From positions 4,652,001 through 4,716,000 of the forward strand of contig NC_086109.1 of assembly GCF_963921235.1 (NCBI RefSeq): DNA of 64,000 bases, written 5' to 3'. Of the stretch, positions 63,200 to 64,000 are shown piece after piece. The stretch is from Mobula hypostoma (Eukaryota). The stretch's first letter is position 1. Each line of letters opens with the position of its first letter. The position numbers were made by a program, and so were the translations under genes. The notes below the pieces were generated by a model. It made no database searches. It had not been told where the DNA came from and was given only the letters and a program-made list of their open reading frames with translations.

Positions 63200-63706
63200 T
63201 TTCGAAGTAAATATTACTACCACCATGTATAACGCTGAGATTAATTTTCCTGTGGGTATACTCAGCAAATCTATAGAATAGTAACTATAACGGGGTCAAT
63301 GAAAGATCAACTAGAGTATAGAAGACAACAAACTATGCAAATTGAAATATAAATAAATAGCAATAAATAATAAGAACGTGAGATAACAAAATAAAGAGTC
63401 CTCGAAAATGAGATCATTGGTTGTGGGAACATCTCAATGGATGAGCAAGTGAGCGTAGTTATCCCCTTTGTTCAAGACCGTGATGGCTGTGTGATAGTAA
63501 CTGTTATTGAACCTGGTGGTGCGAGCCCTGAGGGTCTTGTACCTTCTACCTGAAGGCAGCCGTGAGAAAAGAGCATGGCCTGAGTGGTGAGGATCTCTGG
63601 TGGTGGATGCTGTTTTCCTATGACAGTGTTTCATGTAGTTATACTCAATGGTTGGGAAGGTTTTACCCGTGATGTACTAGGCCAAATCCACCACCTTTTG
63701 TAGGAT
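63200..63706 (-). mobile_element. Rex/Babar-like LINE, 3' end, in a gene B intron
   Basis: DPHHSGHALFSRLPSGRRY, RFNNSYY. Confidence 0.75.
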
Positions 63707-64000
63707 ATTTAACTTCATGGTTAAAAATGAGTCATCCAGTATACGAAGTGATGCCAATCAAAACAGTGCAGCAAAACAGAGGCTGCAAACCACTCCAAAA
63801 GAACAACACAGACCCAACAGGAATGACAGCTGTAGTGCTAAAATGCTGTAGTGCATAAAAGGCAAGGCAGGGTGTTGTGGGAGATGGAGAGATGGTTGTG
63901 GTGGAAGGTAAAGAGTAAAGGACAGCTATTAACATTTTTATTAAATTAGTTCTCTGCAAATTGTTTCTACTGCAAAGATCCATATACTCCTCATCTCCGT

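Overview
Vertebrate genomic DNA, most likely from a cartilaginous fish (inferred from the V-SINE/HE1-like, CR1, Rex/Babar, RTE and Penelope repeat mix). The window holds part of a regulators-of-complement-activation (RCA)-like cluster with two minus-strand multi-exon genes. Gene B (right) supplies two CCP/sushi exons, Ser/Thr-rich mini-exons and a short hydrophobic tail (CD55/CD46-like 3' half). Gene A has a CpG-island promoter, a signal-peptide exon and CCP1-4, followed by a ~17 kb-offset second copy of CCP1-2 that runs off the left edge. Introns and the intergenic gap are mostly retroelements: a Gmr1-like LTR element nested in a 5'-inverted RTE, solo LTRs, Penelope fragments carrying hammerhead motifs, and a 3 kb G-rich minisatellite. 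The most striking observation is a rearranged (non-circularly permuted) hammerhead-like RNA with four covarying helices in the 3' UTRs of two divergent REL-endonuclease LINEs; the 3' end of a related LINE is also embedded in both LTRs of the LTR element. All alignments, counts and translations were done by eye.
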